A stretch of DNA of 64,000 bases from Eledone cirrhosa (GCA_964016885.1 OZ024740.1:264802001-264866000); one strand, 5' to 3'; shown: positions 1 to 13,619, counted from the stretch's first letter. The notes: a model not told the origin generated them from the sequence alone. Made by a program: numbers and translations.

Positions 1-39
1 CGAGTGAGTTAGTCGACCGGGCGCACCGGGAACGATAAA

Positions 40-360
40 TGGAGAAGTGCTCCGGCTCTAATTATAAACACACCCACCGACACTCTCCAGTTTCTGCTCT
101 GTAGTCTTGTAGTCTCCGTTTTCTCTCTCCTTCTGTATTTTTCTTTCTACATCTCTTCAACTCGTACTAGAATGGTCTCTGATCTTTGGGGCTTGTTAGT
201 CTCACGACTATTCCAGTTAGCGTCTCCCATCCAAATATTTCTTATTCCTCTCAACATTCTTATCGTGTTCAATGGCTCAGACAATCTATGAACCTCTACT
301 CCAAGTCGTTCCTTTCCAGAAGTTGGGTCTTCTGGAGCTCGTTTCTTGATTGTGCTCTAA
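40..360 (+). pseudogene. Degraded 3' end of a CR1/L2/Jockey-group LINE ORF2
   Basis: ORF 186-368 contains HSYRVQ...YSKSFLSRSWVFWSSF, resembling the terminal H..Y..SFFPRT...WN.LP motif of these LINEs; heavily decayed. Confidence 0.45.
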
Positions 361-371
361 ATACCTGAATA

Positions 372-1000
372 ATATTGGTGTCTTATATAGGCACAAGGCT
401 AGCAATTTTGGGGGAGGGGGAAGTCGATTAAATTGAAACCAGTGCGTGACTGGTACTTTATTTTATCGACTCCGTAAGGATGAAAGGCAAAGTGAACCTC
501 GGCGGGATTTGAACTCAGATCATAAAGGGCCGTAATTCTATACTGCAAAGCATGGCGTCCGACCCTCTACTGATACTGCCAATCGACCGCCCCGAATACA
601 TGAATAATAATTGTTTCTATTTTTGGCACAAGGCCAGCAATTATCCTAGTGTATTACTGGTACTTTATTTTATCGACTCCGTAAGGATGAAAGGCAAAGT
701 GAACCTCGGCGGGATTTGAACTCAGATCATAAAGGGCCGTAATTCTATGCTGCAAAGCATGGCGTCCGACCCTCTACTGATATGCCAATCGAGCGCCCCG
801 AATACCTGAATAATAACTGTTTCTATTTTAGGAACAAGGCCAGCAATTATCCCAGTACATTACTGGTACTTTATTTTATCGACCCCATAAGGATGAAAGG
901 CAAAGTTAACCTCGGCCGGATTTGAACTCAGATCGTAAAGGGACGTAACTATGCTACAAAGCATGTCCGACCCTCTACCGATACTGCCAATTCACAATAA
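372..1000 (-). mobile_element. Three tandem tRNA-derived Meta-domain SINE copies (octopus OR-like)
   Basis: Reverse strand has A box TGGCAGTATC(A/G)GTAG, B box GAGTTCAAATCC, core CTTTGCCTTTCATCCTTACGG.GTCGATAAAATAAAGTACCAG and an (ATT)n tail; units at about 372-595, 605-800 and 810-995. Confidence 0.9.
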
Positions 1001-1699
1001 TAATAATATCTATTGAGTACTTGCATTTCTCTTTTATGGCTAGACGTTATATAATCAGATGAAATATTTCAACGAACATCGTACGGAAGGAAGAATATAT
1101 TTTCTGAAAAGATATGACTAGAGATTGAATGTATTTTTAATTAATATTATAATATTGAATATCTATAAAAGAAATTGATTTGCTATTAAATAATATGTGC
1201 GATCGTAATTTTCTCATATTTCGGTTTTCATACACTTTATTTCCTTGTTAGTATAACTCGTAGGTCGTGCAATACACCTTGAACAACATTCAGGTGTACA
1301 GCTTATAACATATTAAAACCTGCAAAAATAAGAAATATATAAAAGATTTGAAATTATTTAAGAAGTATTTGAAATCTTTAGTTTTGGAATTAAAATAAAA
1401 ACCCTAATCGACTCAATGGGGCTATTGCAAAGCTAGGTTCTGATTTTGCTTTGCTACGTTCTAATGGGAAATATTAGGATATTGTTAAGACTAACATGGT
1501 TGTTATAGATGGTGTTTGGTGGTGTAAATAAGAAGGAGGAGGATGTCGGATTCCATTCGTGCAGTCACTCCTGCACCAACTTTATCGTCTACAGTTATAT
1601 TTTACCGAACTTAATCAATTATTGTTTCTGGTTATCATCAATTACTTATCGATGTATGCATCGTAGTTAGCATATTTTCCACATTCCTCAACGTTTTGT

Positions 1700-1784
1700 A
1701 CATAGATACATACACACACTCACGCATACATATATATGTATATATATATGCATATATATGCATATACATATATATATATATATA

Positions 1785-1862
<78 letters not shown>

Positions 1863-1987
1863 TATACAAAATTTGTTTAATGAAGTATGATACGTAGCCT
1901 TATGTACAGTTCATTATAATAAATTATCGTATTTTGAGCCGCTTTAACTTCTCCACGCACTTTGTTTCCACTTTTTATATTTAAACC

Positions 1988-2055
<68 letters not shown>

Positions 2056-2057
2056 AT
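1700..2057. repeat. (TA)n microsatellites
   Basis: Direct inspection of 1730-1866 and 1991-2057. Confidence 0.95.
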
Positions 2058-2164
2058 CAAGAGCTAATGCATGAAGGATACCGCGATTGCATGGAGAACC
2101 GTGGAAATAAGTATTATGATTAAACGATATATGTAACCCAGTATCTTATTTTGTTATTTTTATA

Positions 2165-2729
2165 TATGTATTTGGGAGCAAAGATTGGGAATACGGAAGA
2201 TGATGTGGTTGAGAGGAAGAGCAAAGCCTGGGCGGCGTTCCTCAGTTTGAGATAAGTGTGGGAGTCAGACCTTCGTGAAGACCTGAAAATCCGCCTCTTC
2301 ATTGCTGTAGTGGAGTCTGTGCTGCTGTACGGGTCTGAGACTTGGACACTGACCATGAAACTCACTCAGATGGAGGATGGGTGCTACACGAGAATGCTGA
2401 GGATGGCTCTGAACATTAATCAGTATACACTGAGGATGAAATACTCAGAGCTGTATGGGAGCCTCCCAAAAGTCAGCTCAAAAGTGAGACAGAGGATACT
2501 GAGGTTAGCTGGACATGCTCACCGACATCCAGAGTTGACACTGCAATCAGTGCTCCCGAGGGAGCCCCTGCATGGAAACACTGGAAGAGGAAGACCGAAG
2601 TTAACGTATGTTGTTGCTCTAAGGACAGACATTGGTCTGTTGGAGTCGCAGGACATGGCAGCGATAATGAGGGACAGAGACTGCTGGAGAGAACTCGTCC
2701 ATAGATATCGGGAATTTTACCCGCCCTAG
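2165..2729 (+). mobile_element. 5'-truncated RTE/RTE-X clade LINE (RT thumb and C-terminus)
   Basis: LKIRLFIAVVESVLLYGSETWTLT..DGCYTRMLRMALNI...LRLAGH...GRGRPKLTY...DRDCWR; flanked by TA-rich sequence. Confidence 0.85.
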
Positions 2730-2730
2730 A

Positions 2731-2762
<32 letters not shown>

Positions 2763-3320
2763 AGGAGGTTAGTTTTATTGTAGTACAATAAAGTAATGCA
2801 GATATCGGATAAGAAGCACTCTACCGTTTGTAGGACTGGAGTATACATAATATATAAGATCAAAAGATGGTTAAATGAGTTCCATGTATTTTATTATGCG
2901 CATTTCAAAAACAAATATCATCATGCAATAACATTTATATTATCATCAGTTAAAATAGGAGGACATGATATGAAGGTTAAAAAACACTTGTGGATAGTGC
3001 AGTTTTAAATCAACATATGAAAAGTAGTTTTAGATTGATGTGTGATATTGGGAAAAAAAAATTTTGAGTGGGTCGGGGGGAGGTTGGAAAGAATGAAAAA
3101 GAGGAGATGAGAGTAAAAAGTGGAGGGGAGGAGTATAGTGAGGAAGGATGAGATAGGAGGAGAGATGGTGATAGAGAGACAGAGATAGCTTTTATAACTG
3201 AGAAAAATATATTGTTTTACATAGAGAGGTTGAAAAAACCGTTGGAAGATAATGTATAAATTAAAAGAATTTGAAAATTTACGAAGAGAAAAATAATGTA
3301 AAGTTAAGGTTTGTATATTG

Positions 3321-3490
3321 AAGGGTTTAATAATATGTGCGATGAAAAGAAATTGTTAATATGTATTAAGAATAATATTTAAGGGTTTAATAATATGTGC
3401 GGTGGAAATAAAATGTTAATATGTATTAAGAATAATATTTAAGGGTTTAATAATATGTGGGATGGAAAGAAAATGTTGATATGTATTATT
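3321..3490. repeat. 60-bp tandem repeat in the PLE 3' UTR
   Basis: aagggtttaataatatgtg... occurs three times in the left arm and twice in the right arm (about 5050-5158). Confidence 0.85.
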
Positions 3491-3795
3491 AAAAAAACAG
3501 AAGTGATGTAAGTAAGGATATATTGTGAGATGGGCATGAATAAGTTAGATGAAAGGGAGAAAAAATAATGAATAGAGGATGAATAATCTAACGTTAAAAA
3601 ATGTTTATGTTTACGAAGGATTTGTTTAAGGTGATATGAAGTAAGAATATAGTGTATGTGTAATAATTGTTTCTATGTTAGGCACAGAGAGAAAAGGTAC
3701 AGATTAGGGGTTAGAAATTAGGAGTGATGTAGAATATAATAAATATAATAAATAACTTTGAAATAAGGTAGAAAGATGGGTATATTTTTAAAGAA

Positions 3796-3854
<59 letters not shown>

Positions 3855-4049
3855 CCTTTGAGAAAAGGATTCTGAATTGATCAAGTTTATCATATTAGCT
3901 GTATACTTAATGGAAAGTTCTGTGGAATTTATGCAAGCAGATAGAAAACAAGTCAGTGCGTCTATTTATTATAGAATCTAAATTAGAAATAATGGTAATT
4001 TTTTCATTTAGACAGAGATTGCAAGTCTTAGATAGAGAACTGTTCAAGT

Positions 4050-4669
4050 AATAGTACTCCCGACGTCATTGTAAACCCTAGGCTAATTTCTGCAAACCCA
4101 AATACAACGTCAAATACAACTTCGCTAAATGTTCTTAATCCCATTCTAAATCAAGAAACTATTATTCCTATCGCCAATAACTTCTCCAATCCAATTCCTT
4201 CTATAGATAACACTAGGTCACTCGTTAATAATCTCTCTAATCGCAATTGCAATTGCCCTGCTAAAAATAAATGTCCTCTCAACAACCATTGTCTTGATAA
4301 AAACATAATTTACGAATGTAAAGTTATAACTGACACCAATTCCTTCACCTATTTTGGCTCCACTTCCACCTCCTTTAAAGCTCGTCTTTATAATCATCAT
4401 TCGTCTTTTAAATATAAACTTAAAAGAACCAACACGGCTCTCTCAGAACTCATATGGTCCTTGAAAGACAAAAATATAAAATATAACTACTCTTGGAAAA
4501 AGGTTTCCTCTGCTTCTTGAACAGTTCTCTATCTAAGACTTGCAATCTCTGTCTAAATGAAAAATTTACCATTATTTCTAATTTAGATTCTATAATAAAT
4601 AGACGCACTGACTTGTTTTCTATCTGCTTGCATAAATTCCACAGAACTTTCCATAAAGTATACAGCTAA
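4050..4669 (+). pseudogene. Penelope/Naiad GIY-YIG endonuclease C-terminus
   Basis: Manual translation: CNCPAKNKCPLNNHCLDKNIIYECKV..YFGSTSTSFKARLYNHHSSF..TALSELIWSLKD..WK (frameshift near 4518) KTCNLCLNEKFTII..INRRTDLFSICLHK; missing from the ORF track because it lacks an upstream start codon. Confidence 0.9.
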
Positions 4670-4709
4670 TATGATAAACTTGATCAATTCAGAATCCTTT
4701 TCTCAAAGG

Positions 4710-4744
<35 letters not shown>

Positions 4745-5626
4745 TTCTTTAAAAATATACCCATCTTTCTACCTTATTTCAAAGTTATTTATTATATTTA
4801 TTATATTCTACATCACTCCTAATTTCTAACCCCTAATCTGTACCTTTTCTCACTATGCCTAACATAGAAACAATTATTACACATACACTATATTCTTACT
4901 TCATATCACCTTAAACAAATCCTTCGTAAACAAACATTTTTTGACGTTAGATTATTTATCCTCTATTCATTATTTTTTCTCCCTTTCATCTAACTTATTC
5001 ATGCCCATCTCACAATATATCCTTACTTACATCACTTCTGTTTTTTTAATAATACATATCAACATTTTCTTTCCATCCCACATATTATTAAACCCTTAAA
5101 TATTATTCGTAATACATATTAACAATTTCTTTTCATCGCACATATTATTAAACCCTTCAATATACAAACCTAAACTTTACATTATTTTTCTCTTCGTAAA
5201 TTTTCAAATTCTTTTAATTTATACATTATCTTCCAACGGTTTTTTCTACCTCTCTATGTAAAACAATATATTTTTCTCAGTTATAAAAGCTATCTCTCTC
5301 TCTCACTATCACCCATCTCTCCTCCTATCTCATCCTTCCTCACTATACTTCCCCCCCTCCTCCACTTTTTACTCTGATCTCCTCTTTTTCATCTTTTCCA
5401 CCTCCCCCCGACCACCTCAAAATGTTTTTTCCCAATACCACACATCAATCTAAAACTACTTTTCATATGTTGATTTAAAACTGCACTATCCACAAGTGTT
5501 TTTTAACCTTCATATCATGTCCTCCTATTTTATCTGGTGAAAACACAAATGTTATTGCATGATGATATTTGTTTTTGAAATGCGCATAATAAAATACATG
5601 GAACTCATTTAACCATCTTTTGATCT

Positions 5627-5664
<38 letters not shown>

Positions 5665-5690
5665 GTATATATATATATGTGTGCATATGC

Positions 5691-5724
<34 letters not shown>

Positions 5725-5899
5725 ATGTGTGTGAGTGCGCGTGTGTGTGTATGTGTGTCTATGTGTGTGTGTAGATCCTTAGTAGAATCGGGGGTAACCA
5801 CATCAAATAAGGTACTCAATACATGAATAGAATGAAAACAGTTCTAGTCCAGTACAATTCATTTCTATATTAAATCCCCTTACTCATATATATATATAT

Positions 5900-6261
5900 A
5901 AGTAGAGGCGGTATTTAATTTGTTGGAAGTCCAACAAATATAAATGTTTATAACTGATTTAGAGCACTCAACATTTTACTCGAGTAAATATTCAATGATA
6001 TTAAATAAATGGAGACTATATTTATAAAACCATATTTATTTTATTATATATATTTCAACGGTACCAAGACACATTGGTACGCTTTCATTAGATAACATAC
6101 AAAGTTTGTCTTATAAATAGAGACATAACCATGAAAATCATTCCTTATCGGTTGTAAATTAACTGGATAGTCAGTGAATTTCCACCCGATAATGTATGAT
6201 TTCCATGGGTATGTCTCTATTTATAAGAAAAAACTTTGTATTTTATCTGATGAGAGCGTAC

Positions 6262-6265
<4 letters not shown>
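5900..6265 (-). mobile_element. Short fold-back non-autonomous PLE-like element (family A) within (TA)n
   Basis: Imperfect palindrome 6073-6265; homologous to 38733-39327; flanked by (TA)n. Confidence 0.75.
6037..6099 (-). ncRNA. Minimal type I hammerhead ribozyme-like motif
   Basis: tatgttat-CTAATGA-aagc gtaccaa..ttggtac cgtt-GAAA-tatata-TA-ataaaata; the opposite arm has canonical CTGATGA at 6247. Confidence 0.7.
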
Positions 6266-6293
<28 letters not shown>

Positions 6294-6329
6294 TACACAA
6301 TAATCAAGGATATGTTCAAATCATTTTAT

Positions 6330-6376
6330 TGCTGACAATCGTTTCTTCAAAACTTTCGTAGGAGATCATCGGAGCA
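6330..6376 (-). ncRNA. Hammerhead-like motif at the 3' end of another PLE remnant (about 6290-6860)
   Basis: tgct-CCGATGA-...-GAAA-cgattg-TC-agca; stem I pairs, the core has one substitution and stem II is weak. Confidence 0.5.
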
Positions 6377-6863
6377 TTAGCAATGTTTGTACATATAATT
6401 AACCTCCTATTCAACTGAACAATCATATAGATACATGGATATAGATGTTGTCAACAACAGTTTCGTATTTACATGGTAGAATGGATGTGGCATATATTAC
6501 AAGAGAAATGCACAATAATTCAAATTAAAAAGGCACAGAGTGGAATGCATGCGACAGATATTACAAGGGAATAGTATAATAATTAAAGAGGCATTAAGGA
6601 AGAATGTTACTCGTAAAACGAGGACACTAGCAGTACATATGCAAGGGTGTAGAGAGTGCCAATGCGTTAGGAATTTATAGGAAGGAAATAAGCAATGGTA
6701 TTATGCATATATAATTAGTGTATGGCAAAGGTATCACATAAAATAACACAGGTTTACAAGAATATCAAATAAATATGTTGAGAGTATCAAAAAGTTAATA
6801 ATAAATTACTGAACTTCCTGTTCATAGTTATTTATAGTGTATACATAACTATAAATAATATCA

Positions 6864-8035
6864 TTCTAGGGCTAGATCGTATAACGGACATAAAAACCAT
6901 GTGACCTCTGCGCCGCTGAGGCTCTGGAAATACTCTAGGCCACAGACCACATCTTAAACAAAAAATCTGAGGCAGTTTCGGCTTGTAAACATAAATTGCA
7001 CAAAACTTTCCTGTATACAGCCCCACATTATACCCTAACGGATAGTACGATCTATACGCGGATATGTTACGTCTTGATGTGGTAGTTAAGTATATGTTAT
7101 GTTTATACCATTACTTATTTGCATAGGTAAGTATATATTACATGTATGTTTTGTGAAGGTACGTATACTTTCTCGGATGTATATTTGGTTGTATATGTTA
7201 TGGCGTATATATTATATATTCTGGTAATATACTTTTGGTTATGTGTATACGTGAGTTTTGAGTCTGTGTGTATATGCGGGTTCGTACGTATGTAGGGTGA
7301 GTGTATATGTGTAATTCGTGTTTTGGTTGACGTTGGTCTCCGAACATATGTGTATTTACATGTAGGTATGTGTGTGCGCTTGTTATATAAGTATTTATTT
7401 ATTTATATACGTTTATTTTATTATTTGTATACACGCACACACATACATATTTATATGTGCGTGTATTTGTATACCTATAGCGAGTGTTTTCGCGTATGCT
7501 TGTTTATGTACGTATATGGATGCGTGTATGTATTTATTTAATTTCAATTACTTTTGTATTTTATTTACTTTATTCTTAACTCTGAAGCCGAGAATCATTC
7601 GGTTTCCTAGTTAGAATTTTAGTCTACGACTTCAGTTATACCATTTACGTGGTTTTGTCTTTGCGTGCAATTGTTCTCTACGCTCCACATATGACGTATT
7701 ATCTTCGTTTTTTCCGTTCATTGCCAGAGAACGTCTCTATGAACCACCTAAGAGAATATTAGTCGACGACTTTTTTTATACCATAAATGTGGTTTTGTCT
7801 ATGCGTGTATTTGTTTTTCAACGTTCCAAATAATGACGTATTATATTCGTTTTTTCCCGTTCTTTGCCAGGGAACGTTTCCACGAACCAAAGTATCGTCT
7901 TCCTGTCTTCCTCCGGTTGCAACGTTTTTTGAAATATTCACTTCTGCGTTCACAGATTGATTTGTTTGTAAGAACCCGTTAAGGGTGAAAGCAGCTATTC
8001 TTTGCTTAAACTTTAATCTGTTATTTTAATAAATA
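6864..8035 (+). mobile_element. 3' fragment of the Naiad family seen at 55685-59445 (end of GIY-YIG plus 3' UTR)
   Basis: Collinear similarity to about 58165-59445, including the roughly 150-bp 3' UTR duplication; ends in (TA)n. Confidence 0.9.
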
Positions 8036-8054
8036 AATATATATATATATATGT

Positions 8055-8436
8055 AAGGAGACCCGTTGGGTAAAGTTCCCTTCAAAATATTTCTTTAAAA
8101 TAATTTTATATAAATAAAATATATACAGACATATATATAATTGTTTCAACGTTAGGCACAAGGCCAGCAATTACCCAGTGTATTACTGGTACTTTATTTT
8201 ATCGACCCCGTAAGGATGAAAGGCAAAGTTAACCTCGGCGGGATTTGAACTCAGAGTGACAAGGGCCGTAACTCTATGCGTCAAAGCATGGCGTCCGACC
8301 CTCTACCAATACTGTCAATCCACCGCCATACAGACATATATATAATGTGAAACTGGAAGGCCACCCATGTATATACGTGTGTATGTATATATACATATAA
8401 ATGCGTGTGTGTACGTATATATATATATGTATGTGA

Positions 8437-8506
<70 letters not shown>

Positions 8507-8893
8507 GTATCTGTGATCTATATGCACTATAGACACACACACACACATATTCACATATATATATGTATATATACACACATACTGACATATATATATACAA
8601 CAACACCAGCTCTCTTCCATTCTCCTTCTCTGTCTCCTCTCCCTCGCTCTATGTCTCACTTTAAATCTACTCTGTCACAACCACTATCTCTTCCTTTCTA
8701 TCCTTCTTCCTCTTTGTTTATGAGGGTACCCGCAAAAAACCCATATCTCGGGAACCCGTGGTCAGATTTACTTGTTTTATTCCATGTGTATTTCCATTTC
8801 AGGAGTAACTGCTTTCAAAGTATTTTCCCATTATGCGCCCTTTTGGCTGTATTACATAACAGATAAGCAAGGAAGGAAGCAATCATAGATCTT
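8055..8893 (-). mobile_element. Non-autonomous Helitron-like element related to 43998-44637
   Basis: Shared blocks gacccgttggg, aaaaaccc(a/g)tatctcg.gaacccgtg and tattttcccattatgcgcccttttggctgt; contains a SINE insertion. Confidence 0.65.
8142..8327 (-). mobile_element. Meta-domain SINE with TSD
   Basis: Full A box, B box and core; TSD atacagacatatatataat at 8123-8141 and 8328-8346. Confidence 0.92.
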
Positions 8894-8896
8894 ATA

Positions 8897-8931
<35 letters not shown>

Positions 8932-8935
8932 GTAT

Positions 8936-9358
8936 TAATTCAAAATATTAACAAATATAGACATTCGTGTGATCAAGTATATTTTATTATAAATATTTCA
9001 GAGGTATAGAGCTATCCTAAACAGTACGTCCTCAGCAGATAAAATAAGACGATGCATGACTTACATTGACTAAGTAGATGGTTAAAATTCAGTCGTGCCA
9101 TGACTGAATTTTAACCATCAACTTAGTCAAGGTATGTCATGCATCATCTTATTTTATCTGTTGAGGACATACTGTTGAAGATAGCTCAGTACCTCTAAAA
9201 TATGTATAACAAAATATACTTGATCACACGAATGTCTATTTTTTAAAATATTTTGAATTATTAATAACTCCGGAAAACCATTACTGTGGAGTGCTTCTAA
9301 TCTATTGTAAAACTTTATTCTTTGATTGATTTATTTAACCTTGTTTAACCTTTAAATA
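8936..9358 (+). mobile_element. Fold-back non-autonomous PLE-like element (family B) with hammerhead-like motifs on both arms
   Basis: Palindrome 8936-9260 centred near 9098; ttttat-CTG(C/T)TGA-ggac..ctct-GAAA-tat(t/g)ta-TA-a(t/c)aaaata; TA repeats on both sides. Confidence 0.75.
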
Positions 9359-11886
9359 TATATATATATATATTGTTTTATACTGTTCACAGAAAGTGTG
9401 CCATATCTTGCTGTCACAAGCAAATTTATAATGCAGTATATGAATATTTGACATTAATCTCATCCCCTAACCCACCAAACTAATAAATAAATTTATGTAG
9501 CTCAAATAAATTCAAATATGTCATAAATAGAAGATTGAAATAAACCATGTATATAAAAAGTAAAGAATGAAATTCCAATAGATTTGACACGTTTTTAACT
9601 GCATTGTGTTAGCTAGAATAATTTAGCACTTCCTTATAATTTATTCATCTCGGATTGCGTCATATCAGCAATGTGATTTTAAATATGCTATAATTTCACT
9701 ATAAACCAGAAACTGCTTAAGCAAATTTATAAAACAGTACAAAACATCTGAATTACATATTAACACTTCATAAAATAGATATTTCCTTAGATTACTGAAA
9801 ATTAGTAGCAGTAATAATACATGGTATCTTAATTATATATCTTTCCGTTTCTTTTGTTCCAATTTCCTTTAATTATTTCAAATATTCGATTAAAATATTT
9901 TAATTTTCCATCTGGCTGTATTTTCGCGCTTGCTAGTTGATAAAGAATATTAGATGATTTGTGTTCTAGTTCTACGAATCTACTGATTTTATTTTTATTC
10001 GATAAATTATATAAATATTACGTTTGAAACGCCTGACATGTCGATATATCAGAGATATAACTGATCAATGAGATTATGTGGTAGTCATATTCTTAAGAAA
10101 TATTTTCTGTAGGAAATAATTCGTTTTAAAACACACACCAAGCAGTGTGTCGCATTGGATGGGTCTCACCATAAGACGGGTTGGGCTACACTACTAAATA
10201 ATTTCAAGGCAATTTTGAAATTAGGCGTGCTATTCAGGAAGCCAAACAGGGCCACATGGGCAGTTCTATAAAATTAATTTCCGAAATTTTGTAGTAATTG
10301 GAAAATTATGTTAGTGTAAAAACATGTGAGATTTTTAATGCTACCCAATGTCACACTCCGGCCGAGCAAGCTTATTTGAATAGATGGTATATTGATGTGT
10401 TTTAGTATTACATGCAAACACTGTTTCATATTGAAGAGCCCCGTAAAATAAGTTATAGAAGTTTTCAATTAGAATAATTATGTTTCATGATGAGCTTCAA
10501 ACATGTTAGTTGGTGCAATAGCAACTTAGAACGTATAAGGACGTACTCACATAATAACCACGCATTTTTCTCGACGTCTACCGAACCTGCCATCCACCTC
10601 CCTTGTTTGACTTAAGAATACCGATACCTCACACATGCACTAGAGGCACCACTAAAGATATTAATGGACAACGTTTTATTTCATTTTGTAACAAAATCAA
10701 TCAATAATATAATAATGAAAGCAATAACAATATTAACCATATAGTTTTCTTTTTACATCATTCCAATTATTCTAAACTGTAATATTAGTATTGTTACACC
10801 ATTGCCTCAGTGCGTTTGAGTAGAAGAAACAGATGCGCACGTTTTTATAATGAATAGAAATGAAAACAAGTGAAAAGGAAAGGTATTCAGAAAATAGGAT
10901 TATCATCTTGAAAATGAAAGAAAATTAATGTTTTCTTCTTTTGAATGAAGCAATCTAAAATTAAAAAAAATATTGCTTTTTAACTTGCTTTAACAGAAAA
11001 TGAGATGAAAAATGTTGTTGATATTCTTTCTTTTCGCACTGATCAAAAACTCTTGTTAGTATTAACATTATCCATATGTAAGAAATTTTATACAAAAACT
11101 TAATTAATTAATTGATTAATTAAAACAATAAGTATTGTATAATATCACAGGTGATGAAAAAGCAATGAATTTTTGTTTATTTTTAAAGCCTAATTTCCAT
11201 AAGGTAGATTTTTTTTTCTATTTATGATTCAACTGACGTTTCTTCAGTCTCCTTTGTATACTTCTTAATGTAAATTTAGATGTAATATTGGTTTCGATCT
11301 CCGTCAGATCCGATGATGAGTATTCTAGCTGTTGGAACACCGGAACAACCTACCCGGGAATGTAACAACCTCGTGTACACAGCGCAATTCTCGGGGTGAT
11401 TCAGCTGAATATATTGTGCTAAAAGCCTGGCATTTTTAATTAACACTAGCAGAAAACCCCCCTTTGGGTGGTTTTCTGCTAGCATGTGTAGTGTGCATAT
11501 TGATATTATATGCAAATATACATGCATGTAGATATGATACATCAAATAAAGTCGTAATTGATAATATGCACAGAAATTGAAGAGAGACTGTTACACTCTC
11601 TTCTCTAATCAGTAAAGTAATCGATGATACATTTAAAAAAGACGATATTATATATAAACTGCATTATGTCATGAAATGTAATGAAAACGAAAAAGGAGAA
11701 AATTAGCGACAGAAATAAGATTTTTTTTATATAACGGACGCCAACCGGGAGTGGAGATATTTTAAAATTTTAAAAGAAATGAATCTTAAAATAAGCAATC
11801 ATTATATATAAGAATATTTATATTTAACCAACAGCTACGAAATTTAGTACAAAATATGTAATATTCATTCATTATTTATTTAATGA

Positions 11887-12075
11887 AGCGGTGAATTGGC
11901 AGTATCGGTAGAGGGTTCGACACCATGCTTTCTAGCATAGTTACGTCTCTTTACAGTCTGAGTTCAAATCACGCCGAGGTTAACTTTGCCTTTCATGCTT
12001 ACGGGGTCGATAAAATAAAGTACCAGTAATGTACTGGGTAATTGCTGGCCTTGTGCCTAAAGTAGAAACAATTAT
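11887..12075 (+). mobile_element. Meta-domain SINE with TSD
   Basis: TSD attatttatttaatgaag at 11871-11888 and 12071-12088. Confidence 0.92.
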
Positions 12076-12134
12076 TTATTTAATGAAGAACGATGTTTTA
12101 AATCTTTACTTCATGTGTGGAAAATAATTTGCAG

Positions 12135-12240
12135 CGTACATCAGAATGTGTCAATTGAGCAGACCATCAGATGCAAAAATGCGCTTCAATTCTTCCATTG
12201 ATATCCATGTGCTTTCTGTATTCTTTCACTCCGCTTTGTT
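12135..12240 (-). pseudogene. Possible LTR-retrotransposon integrase remnant
   Basis: Minus-strand translation STWISMEELKRIFASDGL..SD resembles the rve motif L..IFA..GLP....SDNG. Confidence 0.3.
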
Positions 12241-13512
12241 CTCGTATTACTTTGAAATAATTTTCGCAATGTTCAACATTCTATCGAGATAAGTATCTTG
12301 TTAATCCTTTAGAATCAAAGTTTTCTGTGTTTGGCATTGTACAACCAGCGGCGGCGGATTGCCAGAATCATTAGATGTCGCATTACAGAAATTTGTTTTT
12401 TCATTCATGGTGTCTATAGATAATGAATGGGTTGCAGGAATTGTCAAAGAATCGGACAGACTGCTTTACAGCATTTGATTCAAGCTTTTGTGGATTTTAA
12501 ATCTCATAATTTTCTGCCAGGAGTTTAGCACAGCTTGTATCAGCAGGATTGTAATAAGAAGAAGGTTCGAAGTAAAAAGGTGTATTTATAACAACAAAAA
12601 CAAAATACTTTGAACTAATTTCTTATTATAATCTTCTGATGAAGTGATTTTAATCCCGAAATATAAGAAGTAAGTAAAATAACAGGTGACACACTAATAT
12701 GTAACGTCCATTTTGCATAACACTACTTTATCCACTAACACAATTTTTATGGTCCAAGCAAACTGCAACACTTTATTATGTATATATTGTTTATATATTT
12801 TTTAACATGTGTTGAACTGCGTACATGTTAGTGTGTTAGATGGGTGGATCGCCTCGTTTAACATATATATATGGCCTATGAAAACCTTTAGCAGATTCCA
12901 TTATTTTATACATATTCGGTTTAAGACTTCGGTTTGAGGACATTTTTTCCGTTCCAGATCTTGAAAAGGACAATTAAACAGTAAATAAAGACCTACCGCA
13001 ATCGCCATTAGTTTTCTAGGGCTTGACGTATCTTATAGTATTTGTATGAAATCCAGAAGAGGCTTTGTATGTTTCATCTCAGTTTTGAAACCCTATTAAA
13101 ACTGTTTGTTGATAGCATTCATTACAATTATCACATTGAAAACATTATCCCATAGAATTTAGTCCATGGATGTTTATAATTTATATGTAGGAAAGAGTTG
13201 TTGGTGGTGTTTTTGTGTTGTTGCTTTTATATAACTGAAGATAGTCAGTTCCCATTGAACCCTGTTATGATTATAGTCACTCAACCCATGACAATCCTGC
13301 TTTTATCGAGAATAAAGTATATAGTGCAATACTCTCGAATAGGTAATTTTGTTTCTAAGAAAGCGGGGCGTGATACTGAGTGAGACATACGTAGTAAAAC
13401 CTACGTAACCAGAATAACGGTGTATATTGTGTTGGTTTGCACTATTGTATCGTGGGTGGTAGGTTAATGTTATCATTCCTTTTATTAACAGTATTTTAAT
13501 TACTAGAATTGC

Positions 13513-13596
<84 letters not shown>

Positions 13597-13619
13597 TATA
13601 TATATATATATATATATAT

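Larger units (their letters stand above)
2763..5635 (+). mobile_element. 5'-truncated Naiad-type Penelope-like element with a 1.2 kb inverted copy of its 3' end
   Basis: About 2846-4048 is the reverse complement of about 4517-5635; the spacer encodes a GIY-YIG domain; both ends abut microsatellites. Confidence 0.9.
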
